Shown: positions 27,801-37,185 of the stretch, one piece after another | Layout: the number at the start of each line of letters is the position of its first letter | Position numbering within the stretch: position 1 is the first letter of the stretch | Assembly (NCBI RefSeq): GCF_001194135.2 | Contig: NC_068982.1 | Location: 68,599,262 to 68,663,261 of the forward strand | From: Octopus bimaculoides | Lineage: Eukaryota | DNA: 64,000 nt | Direction: 5' to 3' | Notes under the pieces: model-generated | What the model was told of the DNA's origin: nothing | The model's input: only the letters and a program-made list of their open reading frames with translations | Database searches by the model: none | Translations under genes and position numbers: made by a program

Positions 27801-30536
27801 AACCTATACTGCACCTTTCTCTATCTCCCTGCTGCAAGCGAATAGGTAGGCACTCAATACAGTGCACACATCAGCATCAAAGATCCACTTTACCCTGCTT
27901 GTATGGATTATATGAAATTTGTAGAGGCAGGTTTTCTACAGCCAGATGCCCTTCCTATTGCCAACTCTCACTTGTTTTCATGTAGAGTAATATCTCCCAT
28001 GGCTACACACAATTACTCCAGGCCCATCACCAGACTTTGGTGCCCATGGATGCTTCAGAATATTCTAGGTAGGCACTAATTTGTAATAATGCTCAAGTGT
28101 AGTAAATCTGAGTGTGCACCATTAAATAGTAAGGGGGAAGTGCTGTCCAGTGCACCCCCTTAACAATGGGCATGCATTTACCACAGAAGCCTGGAAACAA
28201 ACAACATTGCTTGTATGATGGTAATGCCCATTTACAACTACCATGTGAAGTCAAGACAAAGGTACACACAAGCACATATATATATATTTTTATATATATA
28301 CTAGACTTACTACCCAGCATTGCCCTGTAAAGTATTCACAGAATTGTTTGCCATTTTGTAGAATGAGAATTCATGGTACTTATGCATGTATATATATTTA
28401 ACCTAACTTCTAGACTTATTTAATTGGAACTATCCAAACAATAGTAATCAATTTACATGCGTAGAAGCTTTTTTTTAACAATTTTTTATCTTGAAAATCA
28501 CCTGTTACTTTTATTTTAAAGTGAAAAAGAGGAGAAAGTGAAAGATGTATGAACGTGTATATGTGTGTGTGTGTGAGAGAGAGGGTGTGCCACTTGTACA
28601 TGAGAACACACACGTTCACTTACATTCATACACATGCACACGTACTTACAAAAATGATGTACGCATATGTATTGATGTATGTACGTGTACATGACAACAC
28701 ACCCCTTCACTCACACTCTCTTTCACACACACACACATCCATTTCATATACACGTACATACATCTTTTACTTCCTCTTCTCTTTCACTTTAAAACAAAAG
28801 TAAATAAATAAAAAAATTTTTACGGAAATTAACGAACTCTGGATGATGAAATCACATTCAGTTAAAAATATTTCTAAATGATTAAAATATTGTATATGTC
28901 AAAAAGTCAACGTCTTCTTTTTTTGTCTTAGAGAGCAAGGAGACTATGTGTATGTGTATACATCACAGATAGCAGATGTGTGTTTGTGTTGATTGACATG
29001 CCATGACATTCATTGTATGTGTTGACATCACGGAGGCAATGTATGTTTTCTGTCAAGAAATAACAAAAATTGTGTTTAATTATTTAAAGAGAGGTCCAAA
29101 TGTCACAAAAAGTTGTACTGCACTGCTAAAGGTAAGTATGAAAATAAATATGTAAAAAAAACTAAGATAAAATATACTATTTCTGAGATATTTCAGTTAC
29201 ACACAAACATCCCTAGAGTCTTAGTATTATCAAGATATGATCGGCTTCTATCAGTTTCCGTCTAACAAATCCACTCACAAGGCTTTGGTCAGCCTAGGGA
29301 CATGCAGTGGGACTGTACCCAAGACCACATGGTTGGAAAACAAGCTTTTTAACCACACCTCTACACCTGCACCATTGCAAACAGAAGCTGCAATTTGATC
29401 TGATAGATTAACTAGATATACAAAAGTAGTTAAAGAGGAGGGGCACCAATGGAAAATAATCTCTAACTACTAGATGTGATAGATTGTTATTTAGACAATA
29501 TAAATAGTGCTGGAGGTGATTGCAGAAAAACAACAGAGCAGTTAGAGTAAGGAAAGGATAACTGATTTTGCATTTCATAATGGGGTAACTTTGCTAGACC
29601 TTTGGTCAAAGGAATCAAAAGCTTTTAAACCCATACTGCAATGAAATAATGAAAAATATATATCTTGCTCAGAATACAGTATAGGTATAAGATTTGTACC
29701 AGCCAACAAAATGCCCATCAATTATATCATTACCTCACTGCTTATACAATGATATCATGCAAACTCCACCACAACACCAATTAAGAGTTAATAAGATCAT
29801 ATTTAGAGTTTAGAATTTATGCAATGACAAATTAAACAGTTACTCACTATTCCTCAGACAGGTATCCTAATAACTGTAACACAGATAATCTATTAAATAT
29901 CAAGTTTCTTGATGAAGCAGTGCTAGTGTCACATAAGTAGCACCCAATACGCAATGTAAATTTGGTTAGACTTAGGAAGAGCATCCAGCCATAGGAACCA
30001 TGCCAACAGACATTAGAATTTGGCGCAGTCCTCTGTTTCACCAGCTCCTGTTGAATCATTCAATCCATGGATGCATGGAGGCATAACGATGTATGGTTCT
30101 TCTAGTGGGAAATAATCACTTCATCATATATTTGGCAGGATTAGAAATTTGAAATTAAGAAAAAAAAATGCATAGAATTCAAGTTTAATATTTTGTTTTT
30201 TTGCTTACTACTAAAAGTCCTTAAAATCTCTAGTTGGAGGTAATCATGTATAGCATTACTTCATTCCTTTTAGAAATCATCAGCATGATATAACCTGTTA
30301 CTTATTAATTAAACATTTTATGAAGTGAAATGGAGATAATTACAAACACAGAGAAAATTCATAGAATGTTTGTAGTTTTATGAATATTTTCATTTGGTAC
30401 TTGGGTACAATCTCAAATTTAGGGTAGTAAAGTCATGACAAGGGGAGTTTCATACATGATATCAAAGTTTTACATCGAAAATAAATAGAATACTTTAATA
30501 CAATACTTACCCAGCATTCTCATCATCCACTCCCAT
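1871..30536 (-). CDS. KNL1: Kinetochore scaffold protein KNL1 (CASC5/Spc105/Spc7 family). Multi-exon gene; 3' (RWD) exons not identified in this window.
   Basis: Manually spliced phase-consistent exons: 30511-30536, 27603-27630, 27048-27089, 25194-25267, 25052-25092, 23774-23807, 22683-22714, 21678-21730, 18554-18636, 12983-16683, 11490-11752, 9638-9742, 7369-7478, 6025-6103, 5604-5720, 4281-4368, 3305-3406, 1871-1910. All have GT-AG ends. N-terminus reads MGVDDENAGRRRSRRRSSILKLPLSTIDVNTQVEEKPETKSRRSSKRVSFANYAEVKEF, containing SILK and RVSF motifs. Two MDLT motifs follow, then the Spc7-like segment TIEDLLFLVGID...RQS and a coiled coil. Confidence 0.92.
3305..3406 (-). CDS. KNL1: KNL1 coiled-coil exon (LKDFEEKIELLNSKSEYSEAQIKCYKEGRKYLD)
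   Basis: CTTTTGCTCTCTTAAAG acceptor, GTAAGT donor, phases 1 to 1. Confidence 0.78.
4281..4368 (-). CDS. KNL1: KNL1 coiled-coil exon (DKLKQMEKANSQIVDITSKLDQQIDSLDN)
   Basis: Strong TTTTCTCTTCCCTCAG acceptor, GTATAA donor, heptad pattern. Confidence 0.8.
5604..5720 (-). CDS. KNL1: KNL1 coiled-coil exon (KEDIKKQLLADFKICKQRTDKKMKQKKIEYFNDLTSAYT)
   Basis: TTTTTAATTGTAG acceptor, GTAAGT donor, phases 0 to 0. Confidence 0.8.
6025..6103 (-). CDS. KNL1: KNL1 exon (LMKQFKDPELLYGFRNVLEEREKTSS)
   Basis: TTATTTTTTAG acceptor, GTACGT donor, phases 2 to 0. Confidence 0.72.
6288..6499 (+). mobile_element. piggyBac-type MITE
   Basis: TTAA|CCCTTTA...TAAAGGG|TTAA. An inverted copy of the same family is at 52707-52927. 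Confidence 0.75.
6900..7230 (-). mobile_element. RTE-clade LINE 3' fragment
   Basis: The minus strand translates QLWHYGHVIKMLQERIPKWILQGKPTSRRSSRGRPKTSWLDN, the RTE C-terminal WYGHV..RM...GRP..RW motif. Confidence 0.7.
7369..7478 (-). CDS. KNL1: KNL1 exon (VTEPQTIEEKMELVCRLHPEYQCILKSHEQLKSDGE)
   Basis: CTTATTTAG acceptor and GTGATT donor. Resembles the vertebrate KNL1 PPTPEDLMLSQYVYRPK region. Confidence 0.75.
8230..8818. other. Assembly gap (N run)
   Basis: 589 Ns, flanked by RTE sequence. Confidence 1.
8819..9120 (-). mobile_element. RTE-clade LINE 3' ORF fragment
   Basis: RWYGHVVRMDEDSCVKKYHNLTVEGTRGRGRPRKTWAEVV (track ORF 8225-8962) and MLRWMCNVSV upstream. Confidence 0.85.
9638..9742 (-). 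CDS. KNL1: KNL1 exon, start of Spc7-like region (MEVETIEDLLFLVGIDRLENVALECRQSNIYEASV)
   Basis: TTTTATTGTAG acceptor and GTAAAC donor. It is the only open frame and resembles the KNL1 '(s/t)ixdFlxxxgI...RxS' block. Confidence 0.8.
11490..11752 (-). CDS. KNL1: KNL1 exon (DVSDIMDEK...HLEKPLSL)
   Basis: CATTTTAG acceptor and GTAAGT donor. Overlaps track ORF 11451-11750, phases 1 to 0. Confidence 0.8.
12983..16683 (-). CDS. KNL1: KNL1 giant exon (3701 nt; disordered region with 2 MDLT motifs and large tandem repeats)
   Basis: Contains track ORF 12945-16595, with the frame open upstream to a TAG acceptor at 16684-16686. GTGAGT donor at 12982. MDLT at 16242-16253 and 16077-16088. Confidence 0.9.
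18554..18636 (-). CDS. KNL1: Probable KNL1 exon (NISGGESDDEMCMAVNPLNQSILMSPE)
   Basis: TTTTCTCTATAG acceptor. Needs a weak GTTTGT donor to give the phase 2 required by the giant exon, so the donor is uncertain. Confidence 0.6.
20114..21245 (+). mobile_element. Solo LTR in a KNL1 intron
   Basis: TGTAAT...ATTACA termini, 5-bp flanks ACATC/AGATC (one mismatch), TATA-like CCTATAAAA near 20417, AATAAA near 21095, internal ~45-bp tandem repeat. Confidence 0.7.
20748..20890 (+). repeat. ~45-bp minisatellite, about 3 copies, inside the solo LTR
   Basis: Repeated CAACTTCACATACGAC(AT)ATACCTCAACCAGCTCTGCATCGCAGCCA. Confidence 0.85.
21678..21730 (-). CDS. KNL1: KNL1 exon (DIQSLLTGEIKNTAHAVE)
   Basis: CTTTACTTTCAG acceptor and GTATGT donor. 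The xxxLLxxxI pattern resembles the conserved N-terminal helix of KNL1. Confidence 0.8.
22683..22714 (-). CDS. KNL1: KNL1 exon (ESKGPEDNKIS)
   Basis: CCTTTCTAG acceptor, GTAAGA donor, phases 2 to 1. Confidence 0.75.
23250..23705. repeat. RTE-associated dispersed repeat (…GTAAAAGCACCCACTACACTC…AAGGGCATCCAGC…CGTTAAACGATGATGATG)
   Basis: The same sequence recurs at about 2500-2725, 7895-8170, 19510-19860 and 30675-30860. Confidence 0.8.
23774..23807 (-). CDS. KNL1: KNL1 exon (DDSGNKQISEN)
   Basis: TTTTCCTTTTCAG acceptor, GTAAGT donor, phases 1 to 2. Confidence 0.75.
24190..24570 (+). mobile_element. tRNA-derived SINE with (TA)n core
   Basis: GAGTGGCTGTGTGGTAAGTAGCTTG...GTTCAGTCCCAC...GGCACCTTGGGCAAGTGTCTTCTACTATAGCC head. 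The family recurs many times in the window (e.g. 2141, 5310, 23090, 45435). Confidence 0.75.
24580..25003 (-). mobile_element. tRNA-derived SINE, tail-to-tail with 24190-24570
   Basis: Reverse complement of the same family along its full length. Confidence 0.75.
25052..25092 (-). CDS. KNL1: KNL1 exon (EFHEVSLSYNSNS)
   Basis: CTTTTTAG acceptor, GTAAGT donor, phases 2 to 1. Confidence 0.85.
25194..25267 (-). CDS. KNL1: KNL1 exon with RVSF motif (VEEKPETKSRRSSKRVSFANYAEV)
   Basis: TTTATAG acceptor and GTGAGT donor. Canonical PP1-binding RVxF. Confidence 0.92.
27048..27089 (-). CDS. KNL1: KNL1 exon (ILKLPLSTIDVNTQ)
   Basis: TTTTCAG acceptor and GTATGG donor. Completes SILK. Confidence 0.88.
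27603..27630 (-). CDS. KNL1: KNL1 28-nt exon (RRRSRRRSS)
   Basis: TCAATCAG acceptor and GTGAGT donor. Supplies the RRSS of the SILK motif. Confidence 0.88.
30511..30536 (-). CDS. KNL1: KNL1 first coding exon (MGVDDENAG)
   Basis: ATG at 30536-30534 and GTAAGT donor. Phase 2 joins exon 27603-27630 in frame. Confidence 0.75.
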
Positions 30537-32013
30537 TTTTTGATATCTGTTAGTAAAACAACAGAAATTATTCTAAAATTCAAAGTAAAATAGTTTGATT
30601 GAATTAGTATTTATAAATATTAGACAATAACAATTGTTATTGGAAAATGTATTTTAGAGGCAAAAAGTATGGAGATCATCATCGTTTAACGTCCGTTTTC
30701 CATGCTGGCATGGGTTGGACGGTTCAACTGGGGTCTGGAGGCTACACCAGGCCCCAATCTGATCTGGTAGTGTTTCTACAGCTGGGTGCCCTTCCTAACG
30801 CCAACCACTCTGAGATTGTAATGGGTGCTTTTTACATGCCACCAACACAGGGGCCAGAGGAGCTGGCATCAATCTTGATTCATCAAGTTGGTCAAAAAAG
30901 TCATTGATAGCAAATATGACGTCATCATCACTGTGATACTGGCAATATTACATGAACAAATGCAGATGGTTGGTATGTGGTTAGGGAACACTCAATGTAA
31001 ACCAGAATTATTTGGTCAGTGGAACTAACATTTGCACAACCATTAACATTTTTTTCAGTCCTGTTGCTAAACTTGGAAAAGCCCACTTTTTCCACACTTA
31101 TTTCCAGGACAATTTTATGAATTTTAATTTTTTTCAATTTTTGGACATCTTAGAATATGATCATCATTTAACACCCTCGGTTGCAATGTCAAAAAGTGTT
31201 ATCCTGAAACCAAACAGCTGGTATATAGTTTCCAATTGAGTAAACTCCACTTGGTGTCACATAAAGCCTACAACCAACATGAAAATCACATCCGCACAAG
31301 AGAGAGAGAGACAGAGAGAGAACGACCATTTTCACAAGATAGATAGATTTAAGTACAGTTTGTATATGAAAGTTCAGAAAAAATATGAAACCAGGAAAGC
31401 TCGGTTCCACATTTTTTATGTGAGACTTGTTTGGCTCAAGGCCCAACTTGATCAAATGTTGCAGCAGTGACCATCCTATAATTTTGCATATCTATGGCAG
31501 CTACTTTGTCTTTCATCCTTCCTTTTAGAATGACAGGGTGTGATTTGAGGAAGATTTGGCTGTTCTTTCTACCAGATTAAGCGATCACGTAGAGCATACT
31601 CCTCCACACTGGATCAAAAGAGTGAACTTAGATCTAGGAGTGAGTAAACAGAGTGATTTAAAGAAAAGAATAAAAATTGATGCAAAATTAAATATTAATC
31701 CACTACAAAGCAGTGAATTAACAAAATCATTTAAACTGGACAAAATCCCAGAGGTATTTAGCCAGCTATGGCAGTTTGCGTTCTGAGTTCAAATCCCGCC
31801 ATGGTCGACTTTGTCTTTCATCCTCCAAAACTGATAAAGTACCAGCCAAGTACTTGGTCCGTCTAATAATTTTACAAAGTAGCTTCTATACGGCTAGAAT
31901 TATAATAAAAGACAAGACGGATGCGAGGCGAAAAAAGAATACATCAATAGGTAAATTTTTTTTAAAATCAATTTAGTAACAAGATTCATTTCTGAAAGAT
32001 ACATTTCACTTAA

Positions 32014-32111
32014 TTCAAAGAAAGAATAATTACCGATTGGATCTGAAACTGATTTACACCAATTGAAAAGAATATAATTTTAAAAGTAATGTGTTTAAAA
32101 TATGTTATTGG
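32014..32111 (-). promoter_or_regulatory. Candidate cell-cycle promoter for KNL1 (three CCAAT boxes plus a CHR-like TTTGAA)
   Basis: ATTGG at 32036 and 32107, CCAAT at 32059, TTCAAA at 32014-32019. About 1.5 kb upstream of the KNL1 ATG. Motifs are short and the DNA is AT-rich. Confidence 0.3.
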
Positions 32112-33190
32112 CACTACTCGATTAATTTTTGTCGCCTTAGCCAAGTCCCCCGACCCTTGACTAACATACATACAGTATTTTCAAATATAACAAAACCCAC
32201 AGGTGGTCCACAAAGAACTTTGTGTCCTCCTGTGTCATAATGATATCAAAAGTAAATTTACATATTTAGTTATTTGTTCCTCATGAGAACGGCTGCGTAT
32301 GAGACAACTCACTGTCACATACACATTCCAATTAAAATTTTCGAGTTTACTTTAGCTTGCGACAGTACAATTTTTTTCGAAGTATTCAGTTATTGTTAAT
32401 TATTTGATGTCTGAATAGTTTCGATTTTTATTGTAAGTTTCCCATCTTTCAAGTTCACAATGAGTAATACAATTATGGGTACCCAATTATGCAAGTATTA
32501 TCATTATTTTTTTTTGTTTCATGTTGTACAACGTTGCGGCTTAAAATATAAGGACTTGTTTTCTTTGTGAGAAATATATAAGTAAGTATGTATATTAAAC
32601 TTTAAAAAATAAATGTCTTCAGTACATTGTCATCTGCGAGTTCGAAAACGTATCGCTGCAAAGTTTCATTTAAAAAATATGCATTAAGGAAATTACGAGG
32701 TAATAAAATCAGTGGCGAGAGGCACCATCTGTGGTTATGCCCACAATTATATTTTCTGTAATTCCATTTTTCCTTTTGTTTTGGTTTTGTGTTTTTAAAT
32801 AGAGATAGGCTCCTTGGTAAATAGTATGGCTGACACCCTGTCTCTCTGAAATTGGCACTGGTGGTATGTGTATATGAGTACACAGTTAATTAATCAAATA
32901 TAGTCAGACTATTGCTGTTAAACTTTTTAAATATTCAAATTTCACTAAAAAATACTTGAAAATACATTAAACTACAATAATACAGGATAAACAGCGCCAG
33001 AAGAAACAACGATAAATAACGAAGTCTTATGAAAAGAGTATTAAAAAAATTTTCAGAAACCACTTACTTAAATCAGGAAACGTCTCTAAAATATATTCAG
33101 TACAAGGTGGTTAGATTAATAAACATTAAGATTGGAAAATATATTGTCTTGATCAAGACTGAAACATAAACAATGGCATAGTTAAGAGCG

Positions 33191-33240
33191 TTTAAATAAG
33201 ACGGTTTGAAACAACCGCCATCCACAGCTGCGCATGCGCA
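33191..33240. promoter_or_regulatory. Candidate promoter patch: NRF1 palindrome TGCGCATGCGCA plus CHR-like TTTAAA/TTTGAA
   Basis: Perfect NRF1 consensus at 33229-33240, TTTGAA at 33205-33210, local CpG enrichment. Confidence 0.4.
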
Positions 33241-33465
33241 TTTGCTATTAATACAGTCTGTGGTAGGAGGGAGAAGGCAAACACTTTAAATAGAGATTTC
33301 TTAAGGGAAAAATCAGATGTTCGTATCCCTATTTTGGGCTTTAGCAATATAATGTTAATTTGACTGCTTAAAGTATTTACATAAGTTTGCCCTAAACGTC
33401 CATACTTGTTTTCAGACTTTTAGTTTTAGTTTCATACTTTAGTTGTTTTTTTTTATTTATACTTA

Positions 33466-33740
33466 GGTTCTATTCAAGAAGAGTGGTCCCGGTGCGCGCT
33501 AGAGAGTCTTGACTAGTCGATTCTACGACTACCTAACGCGAGTGCGCATCATGCGCAGAAATAGATGTGACACCAAAATACACCCTGGAAGAACGCAAAA
33601 CGACATTTTAAGAGTAAGATGGGGTAGATTCAACAAAAAAAAAATTTACTTTGTGTTTTTATTTACTTTGTTTAGGATCGACTAGTCATGACTAGCTTGT
33701 GCGAGTGCGCGCACCTGGACCACTCTTCTTGAATAGTACC
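33466..33740. mobile_element. MITE with GGT(A/T)CTA termini and 8-bp TSD (Merlin-like by end structure)
   Basis: TSD TATACTTA at 33458-33465 and 33741-33748. TIR GGT(T/A)CTATTCAAGAAGAGTGGTCC(C/A)GGTGCGCGC. Confidence 0.8.
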
Positions 33741-33779
33741 TATACTTAAATATATACATAAAGAGTGAGAAAAAGACAA

Positions 33780-34210
33780 AAACCTCTCTAATTACTTGAA
33801 GCACGCTTGCAGCATTGCCGCGGGTGACGGCAAGGCTGATGCGCTGGAACAACCAAGCTCCCTTACAAGCTTCACCAGTTACCTCTGCTATGCGAGCTGC
33901 CAGTGAAGACAGGAATCTCACGGTCAGTGGTTCGACCCCATCAAACGTCTCGAACGCCACAGGATGGAAAATGTAGCTGGCCGACAGATCGCAGTACTTC
34001 AGAATTTTGTTCCGCTCGGCTGCAGAAACTGTGAATTTCGCCTTAGCCGCAGCATCCAGGATGCGAGAAGCAAAGGAGTCGCTCACTATGACGTCCCAGA
34101 CAAGGCATCTGCCTCTTGACCAGGGGCACAGGGTGTGGCCGTCGGGTCTTTTACCCATCACATCTGAACAACCCAGATTGTTCCAAGATGGAGGGGATGT
34201 TCGCCCGGGC
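33780..34210 (-). mobile_element. 5'-truncated CRE-clade non-LTR retrotransposon fragment (restriction-like endonuclease domain)
   Basis: GKRPDGHTLCPWSRGRCLVWDV...AAERNKILKYCDL...FHPVAFET...LFQRISLAVTRGNAASVL. The upstream NIPSILEQSGLFRCDG is in another frame (frameshift). AATAAA and a poly-A tract lie beyond the MITE. Confidence 0.8.
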
Positions 34211-34722
34211 TAAGAGAGGTTTCCCAGCGCCCCAAAATTTTCAACCTAAAGTGGTGATTTTTTTTTCTTTTTCTCCTTCTCACTCTTATGTATATACTTA
34301 AGTATAAATTTTAAAAAGAACAATAATAAAAACTTTAGCTTTTCTATGATAAGTCGCAAATTAATCTGATGTATGGACAGTCAAAGGGTTAAAATGGTTT
34401 GCCTAGTATTAGAATACATGGGAAAGCGATTTCAAAATTACCTTCTTACTACAAAACAGTGGAAGGAAAAGCAAACTAGCGAATAACAAAAACTTTTGAT
34501 TAATAAATTGCTTGACAAAACTCGAAAAACAAAATTTTCAAGTTTCAGTTTTCAAATTCAGAAAAAATTCGAAATAATAGTCGACTGTTTCCAAATGATT
34601 ATAACAAATACAAGATAGCCCGGAGTTTAAGCCCTAAAACAAAATTTTTTGGATGGGTAATAGTTTGATTTCTTTGCGACAGATAAAATTATGCATGTAT
34701 ATATAAAATATATATATAAATT

Positions 34723-37185
34723 ACTAGCTTAAAAGCCGCACTATTGGGTAGCTTTTAAGCTAGCTCCTGCGGAGGGCTCTTCATTGGGCCTTGGGCTCAA
34801 GAAAGACACTTCATGCATTGAGTACATATGTCTGTGTGAATCACTAAAACTCGAGAATTACACAACCAATTTCATTCAAATTTTACACATGTCTTACTTA
34901 GGGACCATGCAGTGTCATGGGCCAAAAAAATTTTCTACTTCTTGCCTAATGTGAGCCCAGAGCAATCTCTTATCTCTTACACTACTTCAGTATTACATCT
35001 CTATTGTAATGTGAGATGACATATGGGGTATCAAAAGATTCAGTCCTATTTCGGTTACAAATTAAACTTAATTTACATTCACATATTTGCATTTCAAAAA
35101 TTTAACATAATCTTTCCCATTTTATACAACGACCTTGATAACATCACATTTTCTATATGTGTGAGTACCTTCAAAGACATCAATTATCACAACACACACT
35201 ATCACTTACTCTATCTCTCTCTTTCTCTCTCTAACACACACGTGCACGCACACACACACGTCCATTTCATATGGAGACAGAAAACAAGTTTCTATAGGAG
35301 AAGATGAAAGACAGAGATAGCAGGTGACAGAAATGCTGATGTTTCATACCTTATGTATGTACTAATAGTGAGAAAGAGAGAGAGTTTGTGTGTGTGTACG
35401 TGCGTGTATGTTCTTTATGCATCGAAAATTGGGTTGCCCCTGTAATATTGTTTCACTTTCATTCTTTCTCTTTTAATTCTAATGTGATAACATTATGATC
35501 ATCTTATTTCTATTATATTTGAAATAAATGAATAATTTACATCCTAATGTGAACAACATTACGCATTGGCAACTTTCCATCTTTACGACCACCACAGCAG
35601 AATGGCATGTCGGTGTATGTGTTGACTAAAATAACGAACGGCTAGAGTTGAAAATCTTGATAAAAACAATGAGGTGGCAGGTCCAAGGTATATAAAAATA
35701 CACATTTACTGTTTCAGTTAATGTGTACCAGTTAATCATTATCGCAGCAGTCATTTTATCTAAGCAAAGTAGAATACAGTTGTATTCTTGGAAGCTGTAC
35801 AGTCACCCGAGCACAAAAGATGAGCATTATTTGTAATTCAATGGTACAACAGTGTAAGAGTTTGCTTTGAGATGTACTTAGATTGTGATTTCTGCAATGT
35901 GGTGCATAAATTATCAAGTAAATGAGAGGCATCCTTGCCTCCACTGATTCAGTTGCAAAGTGTTGAGTTAAGTTATTTCTTTGCAGACCTCCTTTGAGTC
36001 TTTTTATTATCACTGGGTCACACATAGTCCCTAGGTGGTAACATTGATTTCAAGGCCTTCCCAGATGAGTGACTGGTTATTCAAAGACATTTATAGATTG
36101 GAAATTTATTCTGTCCAGTTACCTATCGGTATAGTGGTCAGTTGGAAACTCCATAGGTGACACTTTCAGTTCTCCTTAGCCCTCACGTCACATAGTTGTT
36201 AATGTTTATTTCAGTTGAGTTACGCCCTTCCAATTGCTATAGATCCGTAATACAAAAAATTATGGCTACACATCCAAGTCATACATTGAGTTAATGTCAT
36301 TTCATGTTTTGCAAATGTTTACTCAGAGAGGTCGCTATACTTGTCTGTCTATCTATCCATCTATCTACCTTCCTATATATCTGTCTGTCTATCTATCCAT
36401 CTATCTACCTTCCTATATATCTGTCTGTCTATCTATCCATCTATCTACCTTCCTATATATCTGTCTGTCTATCTATCTATCTTTCCATCAGTCAATCTGT
36501 CCCTCACTCTCTCCATCTATCTCTCTCTGTCTATCAATCAATCAGAACCAGTTGGTTGGGGAGCAGACTTCTTACCACACAGCTACACTTGCACCTATAC
36601 AACATCTACCCCCAGAACTAGCTCTTTCAGTTCTTTATTGAAAATGGCCAAACCTCATCATGATCACAAATAATATGTCCATCAAGGAACTGTCTTCATC
36701 AACTGCAGATTCACAAGCAACTGACAAGGTTAATAAATATAAGATAGATAAACATGAATTTATGCCAACATCAAAGTTTAAGGGCATGTCTATCACCTCA
36801 TTGGTTCCCTGTTACCCACAAATGAACAACCACAGTTCCTCCAAATTTACTTTACGAGTGATGTTGGACAACAAATTCAAAGGAGGTGTTAAAATTTCAG
36901 ATGATGGATCATGTTAGACACAGCGCTGACTGCTGCAAAAAAGAGTATATCCACTGACAGCTTTTTGGTGCTTTCAAAAATCACATAACCCCACAGGTTA
37001 CGGCCTGAAATACTCCAAACGGATGCATAGCATGTTGCTTAGTCAAATTAGCCCAGCATTTACTCCACAACTGTTTTGTTGTCAATGCTGCACTTTCCCA
37101 TATCACATTTTTCAACATAACTGTAATCTATTATATACAAACTATGCCATTTTAATCCCGAGCAACGCCAGATATCTCTGCTAGT
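34723..37185. mobile_element. Helitron/Helentron-like non-autonomous element or cluster (boundaries approximate)
   Basis: Left end ACTAG with a 13-bp hairpin CTAGCTTAAAAGC/GCTTTTAAGCTAG (34724-34763). Right end CCCGAGCAACGCC...GCTAGT. Internal microsatellites. A related ACTAG...CCCAGCATTGCCC end is at about 28309. Confidence 0.4.
36340..36540 (+). repeat. Compound ~40-bp tandem repeat (CTGTCTGTCTATCTATCCATCTATCTACCTTCCTATATAT)n
   Basis: Three to four near-exact units, directly visible. Confidence 0.9.
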
